Of a stretch of DNA of 64,000 nucleotides, positions 48,192 to 58,464 are shown in pieces. The stretch comes from Planctomycetota bacterium (GTDB taxonomy: Bacteria; Planctomycetota; PLA2; JAEUHO01), in NCBI GenBank assembly GCA_965222115.1, contig CBDCTJ010000007.1, positions 384,001 to 448,000 of the forward strand, in the 5' to 3' direction. Below the pieces are notes generated by a model. It did no database searches, had not been told where the DNA came from, and was given only the letters and a program-made list of their open reading frames with translations. The position numbers and the translations under genes were made by a program. Each line of letters begins with the position of its first letter. Position 1 is the first letter of the stretch.

Positions 48192-49211
48192 TCAGGCCCA
48201 ACGGCGAAGAAGCAACACCACGAGTACGGGAGCGCCCAGCGCCGCCGTGACAATCCCGACCGGCAACTCGGTTGGCGCGTTGACCGTTCGCGCCACAGCG
48301 TCGGCGGCCACCAGAAGGGCAGCACCGATCAGCACGCTCCCCGGAATCAGCGCACGGTGACGCGGGCCCACCAGACGACGGCCGATATGCGGCACCACGA
48401 GCCCAACGAATCCGATCAATCCGCAGCGTGAAACTGCCGCAGCGGCCAGTACACAGGCCATACCGCCGAAACCATAGAGGGCGCGCGTCACCGAAACACC
48501 GCCTATCCAAGCGGCCTCGTCACCCAGGGTGAGCACATCGAGAGTCTTCGACCTAGCCGTGGCGAGCAGGACCACAGGCAAAAGCACGACGGCCATGAAC
48601 AACACATCGCCAAGACTCGATAGTGAGAGGTCGCCGAGCAGCCATAGCACCACGCGTTGCCAATCGTGAACCGCGCTATGCAGAAATCCCGTCGCCAATG
48701 CATGGACGAAAGCGCCTACGGCCACGCCGGCCAACAACACGGATACGGTGGGCGATCGAGTTGCGCGCCGCGCAAATGAGAAGATTAAAAACGCAACGGC
48801 GATCGCACCGACAAACGCCGCCCCCGTGCGAAGGGTCTCGGCATCAAAGCTTGAAACGCCTTTGGACGCCAGCCACGCAGCAAAGGTCACGCCCAACAAG
48901 GCGCCAGGACCAATTCCAAGCAAGTAGGGCTCGGCCAAGTCGTTCCGGAGCAGCGCCTGAAACAGCACGCCCGAAACACTGAGCGCGGCACCGACCAACG
49001 CAGCGAGCAACACACGCGGTACGCGAGAGGTGTGCACCACATAGGCGCCGTCGCTGGCGTCATTCCCGAGCAACCCTTGCCACACGTCGCTCAAGGAAAC
49101 CCGTACCGTGCCCAGCATGAGGCCAAGCGCGAGTGTGCCTGCGCACAGCGCCACCAGCAAGAGCCAAACGGCACGACGCGCTGGCACCACTCGTTGCTCG
49201 GGCAACGTCAC
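48192..49211 (-). CDS. FecCD/BtuC family ABC permease
   Basis: RVPRVLLAALVGAALSVSG..Q..LRNDLAEPYLLG, LGDEAAWIGGV, GLIGFVGLVVPH, ELPVGIVTAALGAP. Confidence 0.95.
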   Translation of the reverse strand: MTLPEQRVVPARRAVWLLLVALCAGTLALGLMLGTVRVSLSDVWQGLLGNDASDGAYVVHTSRVPRVLLAALVGAALSVSGVLFQALLRNDLAEPYLLGIGPGALLGVTFAAWLASKGVSSFDAETLRTGAAFVGAIAVAFLIFSFARRATRSPTVSVLLAGVAVGAFVHALATGFLHSAVHDWQRVVLWLLGDLSLSSLGDVLFMAVVLLPVVLLATARSKTLDVLTLGDEAAWIGGVSVTRALYGFGGMACVLAAAAVSRCGLIGFVGLVVPHIGRRLVGPRHRALIPGSVLIGAALLVAADAVARTVNAPTELPVGIVTAALGAPVLVVLLLRRWA

Positions 49212-50200
49212 TTGGGCTCTCGCTCTCGTGCATTCGCTACGTCCATCACACGTTCTGCCAGCGATGTGAGTGCGTCCAGCGTGCGCGGTCCACCGCGTGC
49301 GTACGCATCGCCCGAAATATCAATGATGGCGTCATGTTTGATCGCAGGCACACGCGACCAGCGCTTTTGAAGCTTCGGCGGCATGGGCATCTGCGAGGCA
49401 AGAATGACCCGGGGCCCACGAGCGAGCACAAGCTCCTCTGAAAACGTGCCGGACGCCGTGGCCGTGGCATCGCACGCAATGTTCACACCGCCAACCATAT
49501 GCATCATGTCGTCAATCAATGAACCAGGATGCAACACATACAGCGGTTCCCATTGACCCACGGCCATCATGCGCACGGGCACTGATGCCACACGCGCGCG
49601 CAGCTCATGCTCAAGCCGCTTCCGACGTGTTCGCCATGCCTGCGCCAGTTCCACAGCTTCCGGCGTATCAAGAACCGTGGCTAGCAACATCATCGAGCTG
49701 TCCAAGTCGCCCAGCGTGCGGCTGGTGCGGAGCGGTAGTACCTCCATGCGACTCTCGCTAGCGAGCGTTTCGAGCGCGCCCATATCCGCGCGATGCAGCG
49801 CGGCGTCCACCAGAATGAGATCCGGTCGAAGTGCGCGCAGCTGTTCTGTCGAAAGCGGATTGACGGAAATCTTCGGGAGCGACGTCACGTCGTGCGGCGT
49901 GTCGCAATACATGGTCACGGCGACCAATCGGTCACGACATCCGAGGAAGTCAACCATCTCCGTAATGCCCGGCAGCGCACTCACAATGCGCTTGGGGTTA
50001 CGGCGAATAGAACGCTTGGCACCATCGTCGTTAATTCCGATTGTTTGGGACTGTGTCGAGCGCACCCACGACATCGGCAAGGGTTTCGTCACAGGTTCCA
50101 AGCGGCCTAAACATGACGGCACGTCTCGATCGCCACATCCCCCACCGAGCAACGCCAAGACAACAAGCAGCCAAGTGATAACGTGCGCACGCCGCGTCAT
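49208..50200 (-). CDS. BtuF-like substrate-binding lipoprotein
   Basis: Lipobox GGGC, PKRIVSALPGITEM, VAVTMYCDTP, EQLRALRPDLIL, ARGGPR. Confidence 0.9.
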   Translation of the reverse strand: MTRRAHVITWLLVVLALLGGGCGDRDVPSCLGRLEPVTKPLPMSWVRSTQSQTIGINDDGAKRSIRRNPKRIVSALPGITEMVDFLGCRDRLVAVTMYCDTPHDVTSLPKISVNPLSTEQLRALRPDLILVDAALHRADMGALETLASESRMEVLPLRTSRTLGDLDSSMMLLATVLDTPEAVELAQAWRTRRKRLEHELRARVASVPVRMMAVGQWEPLYVLHPGSLIDDMMHMVGGVNIACDATATASGTFSEELVLARGPRVILASQMPMPPKLQKRWSRVPAIKHDAIIDISGDAYARGGPRTLDALTSLAERVMDVANAREREPK

Positions 50201-50988
50201 GGAGACGACTCCGATGAATGACGCGGCGGTACGGAAGGAATCACCCACGTACGCCCATCGCGCCCGGACTGTGCCGTCGCCAACGATACGTCAAATACCG
50301 TTTCCAATCGCGATGGCATGAGTACGTCTTCGGGCGGGCCCATGGCGACAACACGGCCGTAATGCATAAGCAACACAACATCTGCTAATGCTGCGGCGAG
50401 ATTGATGTCGTGAAACACGGCCACCACGGCACCGCCGCGTTCACGCATGTCATCACGAATCACCGCCGCCATGCGGGCACCCTGCCCCACATCCAAATGC
50501 GAGGTGGGTTCATCCAGAAGATAGACCATGGGTGACTGTGCCAGCGCGCGCGCAATGCTCACCCGTTGGCGTTCCCCCGCGCTCAAGGTTGTCACCGAGC
50601 GCTCGGCCAGGGCATCTAAGTTGGCGCGCTTTAGCATGTCGCTGATGTATGTAGCGGTGTCGCAGGCACCACGCCACGGATAGCGCCCAAGGGCTACGCT
50701 CTCGCGTACCGAATAGGGAAACACGGCGTGGTCCGTGCCGAGCATACCGCCCACCGCTTTGGCACGCGCCAACGATTGCATGCGCCACACATCGTGCCCG
50801 TCAACTGTGACGCGACCGCTCGTCGGGCGGCGCCATCCACACGCCAAGCGAAGTAAACTCGACTTGCCCGAGCCGTTGGGCCCCACGACGGCATAAAATG
50901 TCGAAGGCTTGACGTCGAACGTAACGTCGTCCACGGCGAGGTGCGCGCCGTAGTGAAGCGATACGTGTTCCAGGGAAAGCAGCGACAC
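50197..50988 (-). CDS. ABC transporter ATP-binding subunit (FepC/BtuD family)
   Basis: GPNGSGKS, LSAGERQRV, LLDEPTSHLD, HDINLA. Confidence 0.95.
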   Translation of the reverse strand: MSLLSLEHVSLHYGAHLAVDDVTFDVKPSTFYAVVGPNGSGKSSLLRLACGWRRPTSGRVTVDGHDVWRMQSLARAKAVGGMLGTDHAVFPYSVRESVALGRYPWRGACDTATYISDMLKRANLDALAERSVTTLSAGERQRVSIARALAQSPMVYLLDEPTSHLDVGQGARMAAVIRDDMRERGGAVVAVFHDINLAAALADVVLLMHYGRVVAMGPPEDVLMPSRLETVFDVSLATAQSGRDGRTWVIPSVPPRHSSESSP

Positions 50989-51046
50989 AGACGTCTACGG
51001 ACCTCATGGGTTAAAAATCGAACCTGCGAAGCGTACTCGTAGCGAA

Positions 51047-51694
51047 TCAGACGATCCACCGCAATACGAGTGTGCCCAGCACTGTGAGGCCAAACGCATA
51101 GGCCAGCGGACGCCATCCCCATCCCCCGGGGCGAAACCGTCCATCAAGCCCGAAGTAGTGACCCGCGTGGAGTAGCGCGAGGTTTGCAAGCATGACCGTC
51201 AGCAGCCAGTTCGATCCATCACCCGAGAGGGAGAAGATATACATCGCTTTGGCGAGACCAAAGGCAACCATCAGCAACGCGCCAAGTGTAGCCATGACGC
51301 GTGTCCACAAGCCCAGTACGAGCGTGAGCCCCAGCAACGTTTCAAACACCAGAATGCTCACCGCAAACCACCAACGCAAGGAATCGTGCAACATGACGTG
51401 CTCAAGAAACGACGCGTACCCGTCCATGCGCCATCCAAAGATCGATGCCGGGTGCTCAACGCAACGCTGAACGAGCTCCGTGTACTCCTTCGTAACAAAG
51501 TGTTCTACGGCCGCGGCAAACGGCATGTCCTTGGCCAGAAGTTTGTATTCAATCGCATCCAAGAACACGAGCCCGGTGTAGACCCGCGTCACAAACACAC
51601 CGAATCGGGCTGCGCGGTGAGTGACGGGTGCTTCGAGGTCGCCTTGTTTGCTACGACGCCGTTTCTTGCGACGCTTTTTCTTTGCTCGCGCCAC
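51047..51694 (-). CDS. DoxX/DoxD family membrane protein
   Basis: RVYTGLVFL, ETLLGLTLVLGLWTR, AGHYFGLDG. Confidence 0.8.
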   Translation of the reverse strand: MARAKKKRRKKRRRSKQGDLEAPVTHRAARFGVFVTRVYTGLVFLDAIEYKLLAKDMPFAAAVEHFVTKEYTELVQRCVEHPASIFGWRMDGYASFLEHVMLHDSLRWWFAVSILVFETLLGLTLVLGLWTRVMATLGALLMVAFGLAKAMYIFSLSGDGSNWLLTVMLANLALLHAGHYFGLDGRFRPGGWGWRPLAYAFGLTVLGTLVLRWIV

Positions 51695-52125
51695 TATCCG
51701 CCGTCTCGTTCGTCACCGGTAGACTGGGGCTCAGCTTCGATGCGTCGTTGCTCATCAATTGGGGGGCGAACGTGAGGTCCCTCGTAGCGCTTGTGCGTCA
51801 AAATGCCGCGCTCATCAAAGAAGAGGGAAAGCGACTGCGAATCGCCGCGAGGATCCTCAACGAGATAGTCCATGCGCTCAATCGTGCCGCCCGCACGCCG
51901 CGCCACATCCCGCGCATAGGGGTATTCTTCTAAAATCCACGTACTGGCTACGCCCGGATTGAGGGATTGCATGGCGGCATACGACATGCGATCTTGGCCT
52001 GGCGTTGCGAATGTTCCACACGCAACAAGGCTGAGAGCCAACAAGGCCACTACGACGCGTCGGCACGCATGGTTGACATGATGGGCTGCTCCGCATGGGC
52101 TTGGAAGGGTGTCCGCGATGTGCAT
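51694..52125 (-). CDS. Small lipoprotein, possibly SmpA/BamE-like fold (start uncertain)
   Basis: Lipobox LVAC; LNPG...MDY...LSLFFDERGIL pattern. Confidence 0.6.
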   Translation of the reverse strand: MHIADTLPSPCGAAHHVNHACRRVVVALLALSLVACGTFATPGQDRMSYAAMQSLNPGVASTWILEEYPYARDVARRAGGTIERMDYLVEDPRGDSQSLSLFFDERGILTHKRYEGPHVRPPIDEQRRIEAEPQSTGDERDGG

Positions 52126-52200
52126 CGCTCGATTCTACCGGCGCAACGCGGCATCCAAGGAACTTGAAGTGTTGCGGGATCGCGCGAGTACCATTCGCCC

Positions 52201-54285
52201 ATGACATCGGGCCAAGCCCCCACCACCTTTCGGGGTCTTTCGCTCTTTCCGTTTCAACAGAAGGCGGTGCAGTCGGTCTTTTCGGGCCACAACGTGATGG
52301 TGGCGGCCCCTACCGGTGCCGGAAAAACGCTTGTGGCCGACTACGCCATCGAGCAGGCGATGGGGCGCGGCGCGCGCGTCATGTACACGAGCCCCATCAA
52401 GGCGCTCTCCAATCAAAAGTACCGCGACTTTCGCAAGCATTACGGATCCGAACGTGTGGGACTGATGACGGGCGACGTCACCATGGGCGCCGACGCACCG
52501 CTTATCATCATGACCACGGAGATCTTTCGCAATACGATCTTTGAAGATCCGGAACGCCTCAAGCCCTTCGACTTTGTGATCTTTGATGAAGTGCACTACA
52601 TGGATGACCGCGAACGCGGTACCGTATGGGAAGAGGCAATGATCTACGCGCCCAAGCACATTCGCATTGTGGCGCTCTCCGCCACCATTCCCAACGTTGA
52701 TGAACTTGCGGGATGGCTGTCGTGGGTGCGCGATGTCAAGACCGACGTGATCCTTGAAGACAAACGCCCGGTCCCACTCACGCACCATGTGTGGGTACCC
52801 GGGCGCGGTCCCAAAAACTTGCGCGGCGTCAAGCGACACTTCCAAGAAATGGGGCGCCAGCGGGATCACCACAATCCAGGAGGACGAGGCGGTCGAGGCG
52901 AGCGCGGGGGCGGTCGATCGGCGCGCCGACGACAGATGCACATCCTCGATGAGGCCAGCTACAAGCTCTTGGATCATCTCGAACGCAAACAGCTGCTACC
53001 TGCCATCTACTTCTGCTTCAGTCGACGCGACTGCGAAAACATGGCGGAACGCAATGCGCACCGCCGCCTTCTAAAACCCCACGAAATTGGGAAGATGGAA
53101 CAACTCTTTGACGACTTGGCGCGACGCTACGAAGTCAGCGATTCCGATGACACGTTGCGTCTGCGAAATCTCGCGCGGCGCGGCGTGCTCTACCACCACG
53201 CGGGCATGCTGCCCATCGACAAAGAGATTGTGGAACGCTTGTTTGCCACGGGCCTCGTCAAACTACTCTTTGCCACCGAGACGTTTGCGGTGGGTGTTAA
53301 TATGCCCGCGCGAACCGTGTGCTTTCACGCACTTACCAAGTACGACGGCATCTCTCGCCGCCCCATGATGGGACGCGAGTATTGGCAAATGGCGGGACGC
53401 GCCGGGCGACAGGGGATTGACACCGAGGGCCACGTGTTCTCGTTACTTGACGACTTGGATGTCAGCTACGACAACATCGCCTACCTGCACAGTGGCCGTG
53501 CCGAACCCGTACGCAGCCGATTCAATCTTAACTACTCGGCGATTCTCAATCTTTGGCAACGTTTGGGTGAACGCGTGCCCGAGTCGTGGGAACGATCGTT
53601 TGCGCGTTACCAGGCGAGTGGATCGAAGACCTCGGTATCAAATCGATCGTCCGGCAAACGCAAGCGCCGCCCTCGGAAAAAAACCAAGGGCGCAAAGCCA
53701 ATGCAACAGGGCACTGAAAAAATCCGTGCGCGCATTCGTGTCCTGCGCGACATGCATTATTTGGCCGATGGGGGATGGACACGCAAGGGCCAACTGTGCG
53801 CGCGCATCAATGGGTATGAGATTGCCATGACCGAAGCCTACGAAGGCGGATGGCTGTTTCGCTGTGACCCCATTCAGGCGGCCATGTTGGTGGCATCGAT
53901 GGTGTACGAAGCGCGGCCATCGGATGCGGCGGAGCGCCCCACCAAGTCGCTCAAGGGTATCGCCAAGCCGTTCACCGCATGCATGGCGACATTCGCGCGA
54001 ACAGAACAACACCACGGACTGCATCACACCACACGGGGACCCGACTTTGGCATGGCAGGCCTCGTTCAACGCTTTGCCGAGGGCATGTCCTTTGAATCAC
54101 TTGCCGACCATACGAATATGCGGGCGGGTGACATGGTGCGGGTTCTGCGTATGACGATTCAGTTGCTGCGTCAAACGGCACACGCATTGCCGAAGGGCGA
54201 TCCCTGCATCGCCGTGTTGCGCGAGGCCCAGAACCGATTGGACCGCGACGTGGTGGATGCCAAGCGGCAGCTCGAGCTGGGTTAG
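52201..54285 (+). CDS. helY: Ski2-like DEAD/DEAH RNA helicase with DSHCT domain
   Basis: APTGAGKT, TSPIKALSNQKY, DEVHY, LSAT, HHAGMLP, FATETFAVGVNMPA, QMAGRAGRQGID, GDMVR. Confidence 0.92.
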   Translation: MTSGQAPTTFRGLSLFPFQQKAVQSVFSGHNVMVAAPTGAGKTLVADYAIEQAMGRGARVMYTSPIKALSNQKYRDFRKHYGSERVGLMTGDVTMGADAPLIIMTTEIFRNTIFEDPERLKPFDFVIFDEVHYMDDRERGTVWEEAMIYAPKHIRIVALSATIPNVDELAGWLSWVRDVKTDVILEDKRPVPLTHHVWVPGRGPKNLRGVKRHFQEMGRQRDHHNPGGRGGRGERGGGRSARRRQMHILDEASYKLLDHLERKQLLPAIYFCFSRRDCENMAERNAHRRLLKPHEIGKMEQLFDDLARRYEVSDSDDTLRLRNLARRGVLYHHAGMLPIDKEIVERLFATGLVKLLFATETFAVGVNMPARTVCFHALTKYDGISRRPMMGREYWQMAGRAGRQGIDTEGHVFSLLDDLDVSYDNIAYLHSGRAEPVRSRFNLNYSAILNLWQRLGERVPESWERSFARYQASGSKTSVSNRSSGKRKRRPRKKTKGAKPMQQGTEKIRARIRVLRDMHYLADGGWTRKGQLCARINGYEIAMTEAYEGGWLFRCDPIQAAMLVASMVYEARPSDAAERPTKSLKGIAKPFTACMATFARTEQHHGLHHTTRGPDFGMAGLVQRFAEGMSFESLADHTNMRAGDMVRVLRMTIQLLRQTAHALPKGDPCIAVLREAQNRLDRDVVDAKRQLELG

Positions 54286-54292
54286 CGTACGT

Positions 54293-54324
54293 TAGCCCGG
54301 ATTGTTCATGAATAGTCCGGGCTA
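54293..54324. repeat. REP/MITE-like palindrome, short copy
   Basis: TAGCCCGGATTGTTCATGAATAGTCCGGGCTA; same arms as 41464-41521. Confidence 0.75.
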
Positions 54325-54359
54325 GAGACCTCGGTTGAATCCGCGGCTACACTAGATCA

Positions 54360-56351
54360 ATGCCTCCGTCACGCTCTCGTCGTCGCTCGTCACGCCGTTC
54401 CTCTCGTCGCACTCGTATCGTCAAGGGGACCCCACCCAACTCGGTAGCTCGCGGTGATTCTTCCGGTGACGCAGGTCAACCCAAGAAGGACGCAGCCACA
54501 GGGAAAAAACTCGGACGCTGCACGCTAATCGAACGCATCGGTCGCGGCAACACGGCGATTGTCTATCGCGCGCACTACGAACCACTCGACCAAGAGGTCG
54601 CCGTCAAGATCTTGCTGCCCTCGATTAGCAGCAACGAGACTCTCGTAGATCGGTTCCTCACCGAAGCACGAACGATTGCGAAGATCGATAACGAAAACGT
54701 CGTCAAGATCTACGACGTGGGCGAAGAGGACGGCAACTACTTCATGGTGATGGAGTTGCTCGAAGGCGAAGAGACCATGGATCTCATTCGTCGCGAAGGC
54801 ATGGTGGACGTGACCGACTCGCTGCGCATTGTGCGTCAAGCCGCGCGCGGCTTGGCGGCTGCTCATGGCAAGGGCCTCATTCACCGCGACATCAAACCGC
54901 AAAACCTTTACCTGAAGGACGACGGTACGGTCAAGGTCGTAGACTTTGGGTTGGCGGGCAACGTGGATGGCGACACAGAACGCGTCGGCACGCCGCACTA
55001 CATGGCGCCGGAAGTGTGTGAGACCGGAAAGGCCGAGCTTGCGAGCGACGTATACGCGCTTGGCATTTGTCTCCACCACTTGCTTACAGGGCAACCGCCG
55101 TTCGCTGGTATGCGTTTGCAAGAAATCTTGCGTGCACACATGAATGCGCCGCCCATACGACCAGAGGCCACACGCCCCACACTAACCAAAGACATTTGCG
55201 AGCTGGTGCGCGAACTCACAAAGCGCGATCCGTTGCTGCGACCCTCCGCCGCTGAAGTCGTCACGAAACTGGACGAAATCGGTGGTAACGCGCTCAAGGA
55301 CAAAGGCACACTCGTTCGACGTCGTTCCGGTGGTGCGCTGCGTGCCGCCCGAAGGAAGAAGAGTTCGGCAACGCCTATCATTGCCGGGGCCGTTGTCTTG
55401 GGTCTCGCTGGACTATTTTTCGCGTTCAGCGGTGATGACTCGAAGGGTTCATCGAAGACAAAGAAAGAAGACACTTCCGGCGCCTCCGCAAGCGACCCAT
55501 CTTCAGGAAGCCCAGGCGGCATGAGCGATGCCGAAGCCTTGGCCGCCGCCCGTGCGAAAAAGAAAGCCGAAGAAGCCGCATACCAGAAAAGACAAGAGGC
55601 CGAAGCCAAAGTCGCGTTTGAAGAAACAGAAGACGAGGTACGAAAGCTCTGGAAAACCGAGGACGACAACAAGGACGTCATCACGCGCTACCGTTTTGTC
55701 GCCGATCGCTACAAGGGCACGGAATACGGCAAGAAAGCAAAGAAGCGGGCCAGGGCGATCCGCAAAGGCGAGGTTCATCCCCACCCCGACAAGACCTACG
55801 CGTCAGACACGGAAGTCAAGAGCGCGCAACAAGCGTGGTCCGACGCCAAGCCCAAGATCGACACCGCCATTGCCGCCCACAACTACATGGGTGCACGCAA
55901 ACTTGTTCCGGCCAGTGTAAACGACGCAACCGGTGCACTCGCGCGTGAGATCGAATTCTGGGCTACGCACTGCGACCGCCTCGCCGCGTGGAAGTCCTTC
56001 GTCATGACATCGCTCGCCAAGAGAGCCAAGGCCGGCGCGCTAGCATTCACGGTCAAAGGCGACACACTCACCTTGAAGTCACTCACGCCCAAAGCCGTGA
56101 ACGCCCTCCACGATGGCGACAAAGTCACGCTCGCCTGGGCCGACGTTCCAGCGTCTGAATGGGAACAGTTGGCAAGCCACGTGCCCGACGCCGACGTGTT
56201 CAAGAACAAATTGTTGCGCTATGCCTTCTGCTTCTCTCACGACCTCGAAGAGCCCTTTTCCAACCATTATCTCGAGCTCAGTCTTGCCTCGGAATACAAG
56301 GATCACAAAGCAGAAATCGAGGACTATGCCAAGCGGTATGAGAATAAGTAG
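54360..56351 (+). CDS. Membrane-anchored Ser/Thr protein kinase
   Basis: IGRGNTAIVY, VAVKIL, HRDIKPQN, DFGL, GTPHYMAPE; one TM; helical C-terminal domain. Confidence 0.93.
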   Translation: MPPSRSRRRSSRRSSRRTRIVKGTPPNSVARGDSSGDAGQPKKDAATGKKLGRCTLIERIGRGNTAIVYRAHYEPLDQEVAVKILLPSISSNETLVDRFLTEARTIAKIDNENVVKIYDVGEEDGNYFMVMELLEGEETMDLIRREGMVDVTDSLRIVRQAARGLAAAHGKGLIHRDIKPQNLYLKDDGTVKVVDFGLAGNVDGDTERVGTPHYMAPEVCETGKAELASDVYALGICLHHLLTGQPPFAGMRLQEILRAHMNAPPIRPEATRPTLTKDICELVRELTKRDPLLRPSAAEVVTKLDEIGGNALKDKGTLVRRRSGGALRAARRKKSSATPIIAGAVVLGLAGLFFAFSGDDSKGSSKTKKEDTSGASASDPSSGSPGGMSDAEALAAARAKKKAEEAAYQKRQEAEAKVAFEETEDEVRKLWKTEDDNKDVITRYRFVADRYKGTEYGKKAKKRARAIRKGEVHPHPDKTYASDTEVKSAQQAWSDAKPKIDTAIAAHNYMGARKLVPASVNDATGALAREIEFWATHCDRLAAWKSFVMTSLAKRAKAGALAFTVKGDTLTLKSLTPKAVNALHDGDKVTLAWADVPASEWEQLASHVPDADVFKNKLLRYAFCFSHDLEEPFSNHYLELSLASEYKDHKAEIEDYAKRYENK

Positions 56352-56387
56352 TAACGCCGTATGGCGTTCCTTTCCGTAGACGCCTAG

Positions 56388-57011
56388 TTATCGGTCCGAG
56401 AGCGCTTGCAGCAACGGGTGAGTGGCATCAGGCCCAACAAGCACTCGCGGCACGTCGTCTGCAAACGGGGTGAAGGGCCACGTAGGCATCTCGATTCCCA
56501 ACTGCTCCCATGAAAGGAATGAGACGGAGCCCTTCTTCCAGCCAACGATGATTCCATCAGACCGGGAGAGGTCGGCGATCCATGGTGTGCCGTATCCCTC
56601 AACGGCGCCTGCGTTTGGATCTCGAGGTCCCACATACCCCGTTAGATGAGGGAATCGACGAGTCTTCAAGCTCTCCCACGTCACCTGCTCATACGCACTC
56701 GGCGGCGGTAGCTTTGAGCCAGGCGGCCAGTGACATTGGATGTCGTGCGGCTTGTTGGGGCTAAGCCTGCCATTTGCCATCGCCGTGAGAATGAAGTTCT
56801 TGCCCGTGTGTTGCGGGATCCGTTTCAGGTACCGGTCCAGGTCGCTTCGCACGCAAATGAGCAGCCATTTGATGTGGTCTTCTGACTTCGACCTAGAGAC
56901 CGCAAGGTTCATGCGCGTGAATTGATGCTGCAAGTACGCCCCGCCTAGGGCGAGAATAAGCAGGATCACTACAATCACATGAGAACGGCGCACGGCCAAT
57001 GAGCATACCAC
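56388..57011 (-). CDS. Hypothetical protein with N-terminal TM (start 57011 or 56993)
   Basis: Hydrophobic helix VIVVILLILALGGAYL; fills the gap between neighbours. Confidence 0.65.
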   Translation of the reverse strand: MVCSLAVRRSHVIVVILLILALGGAYLQHQFTRMNLAVSRSKSEDHIKWLLICVRSDLDRYLKRIPQHTGKNFILTAMANGRLSPNKPHDIQCHWPPGSKLPPPSAYEQVTWESLKTRRFPHLTGYVGPRDPNAGAVEGYGTPWIADLSRSDGIIVGWKKGSVSFLSWEQLGIEMPTWPFTPFADDVPRVLVGPDATHPLLQALSDR

Positions 57012-57078
57012 CGACCGTTATGGAGCACCGTTGCCGACACATTTGTTGCGGCAGGCTGGGCTAGAATGCGCTCGTGCG

Positions 57079-58464
57079 TTACAATGCAAGCTGCCACTGG
57101 AAGCGCAAGAGCGTTGCACTGTCTTCGTTGGCCACGAGCCCGCCGTATCCGGGGTAGCGATCGAAGATCAAGAAGCCTTGATCCTCGACGTCAATGAGCG
57201 CCACGTCGGCTTGGAACTTGGCGCCGTGGAAGTTGAGGTAGTAGTTGATGCCGAACGCCAACTCGGTAGCAGACCCGTCACCTAAGATGTCGCCATCCGT
57301 GTCGTAGCTGCTGTAGCGCGCTGCAACTTCCCATGCGGTGCCAGGGAAGTGATAACCCATCTGTACTAAGAATGCCGTGCTGTCATCATCCAAGGTGACC
57401 GCACTCGCAGGTACCGTAGGCACGTCCGAGTCGTTGATGGACGAATAGGCACTGGTAAATGAGAAGCCACCATAGCCAAGGGCAAGGTCCACGCCCCACC
57501 GCAAGTAGTCGCCTTGACCCTCGTGGGGGTTGTCCACGCGGTCGGCGTAGTAAAAGCCCCATGCGCCAACTTCGCCATACCACCCACAGGTTTCCTGCGA
57601 CAACGCACCTTCTTGGTAGCCAATGGGCTTTAGGAACGCCCAGTTGAGGCGTCCGCTAAACGCCAGGTTGTCGGACGTGCGCGTATCAATCACGTTGCGA
57701 ATCGAATCGCCGCCATCACCGTTGGTGACCGCAAACATGTAGCTGAACTCGGTGTTGCAGCCGAATGCGCCGTGGATCATGATGCCGTGATCGCGGTTGC
57801 GGTCGGTGTAACCCGGCAGGTTGAGCCCTACGAACGAGCTATAGAGCGAGATATCGACAAACTGCTGGAGTTCGGGCGCCACCATCAACTGACGCGTCGT
57901 GGGCAACCCAATCTGACCCATGCGAATGTTGAAGGCATCGCACTTGCCCCACTCGATCCACGCTTCGCGCGTATTGTCAAAGTTGTCGGACTGGTGCGTG
58001 GGCCCTAGGTTGAGCGGTTGCAACGCCGGGTTGACTGGGATCAACGTCTGAGGCGCGACGTCGCGACCGAAGTGACCGAAGTCCAACTCCATGTATGCGC
58101 GCAGGTTGCAAGGCGCCTCGAGCGAGAATTTGAGCGTGGCGCGCGGAAGGGAGAAGCCGGACAAATCCCCGCCCGCCGATTCCACATCGTCCCAATCCAT
58201 CGCTTCGAATCGCGCTTGCAAGGTGGCGTTCATGCGCAACATGAAATCGCCGCCTCGAATCCAGAATCCCCGGTCGTAGCCCGCCGTACCCGGACCACCC
58301 ACCAGTGATACGTCGTCGTCCGTCTGGAGATACTCATCCACAGCCGACTCGATGTCCCGCGCGCTGAGTTCACCATCGGCCCAGGCAGGCGCCGCATACG
58401 CGACCGCCGCGAGACCAACTGCCATCAACGCCACAAACTTGCTCGACATGCTCAACTTCGACAC
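57079..58464 (-). CDS. Outer-membrane porin (OprO/OprP-like)
   Basis: GGAGGG RBS before GTG 58464; signal peptide; AGYDRGFWI, LQARF, FNIRMGQ, RDHGIMIHG, ELAFGINYY, C-terminal LRFQWQLAL beta-strand. Confidence 0.85.
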   Translation of the reverse strand: MSKLSMSSKFVALMAVGLAAVAYAAPAWADGELSARDIESAVDEYLQTDDDVSLVGGPGTAGYDRGFWIRGGDFMLRMNATLQARFEAMDWDDVESAGGDLSGFSLPRATLKFSLEAPCNLRAYMELDFGHFGRDVAPQTLIPVNPALQPLNLGPTHQSDNFDNTREAWIEWGKCDAFNIRMGQIGLPTTRQLMVAPELQQFVDISLYSSFVGLNLPGYTDRNRDHGIMIHGAFGCNTEFSYMFAVTNGDGGDSIRNVIDTRTSDNLAFSGRLNWAFLKPIGYQEGALSQETCGWYGEVGAWGFYYADRVDNPHEGQGDYLRWGVDLALGYGGFSFTSAYSSINDSDVPTVPASAVTLDDDSTAFLVQMGYHFPGTAWEVAARYSSYDTDGDILGDGSATELAFGINYYLNFHGAKFQADVALIDVEDQGFLIFDRYPGYGGLVANEDSATLLRFQWQLAL

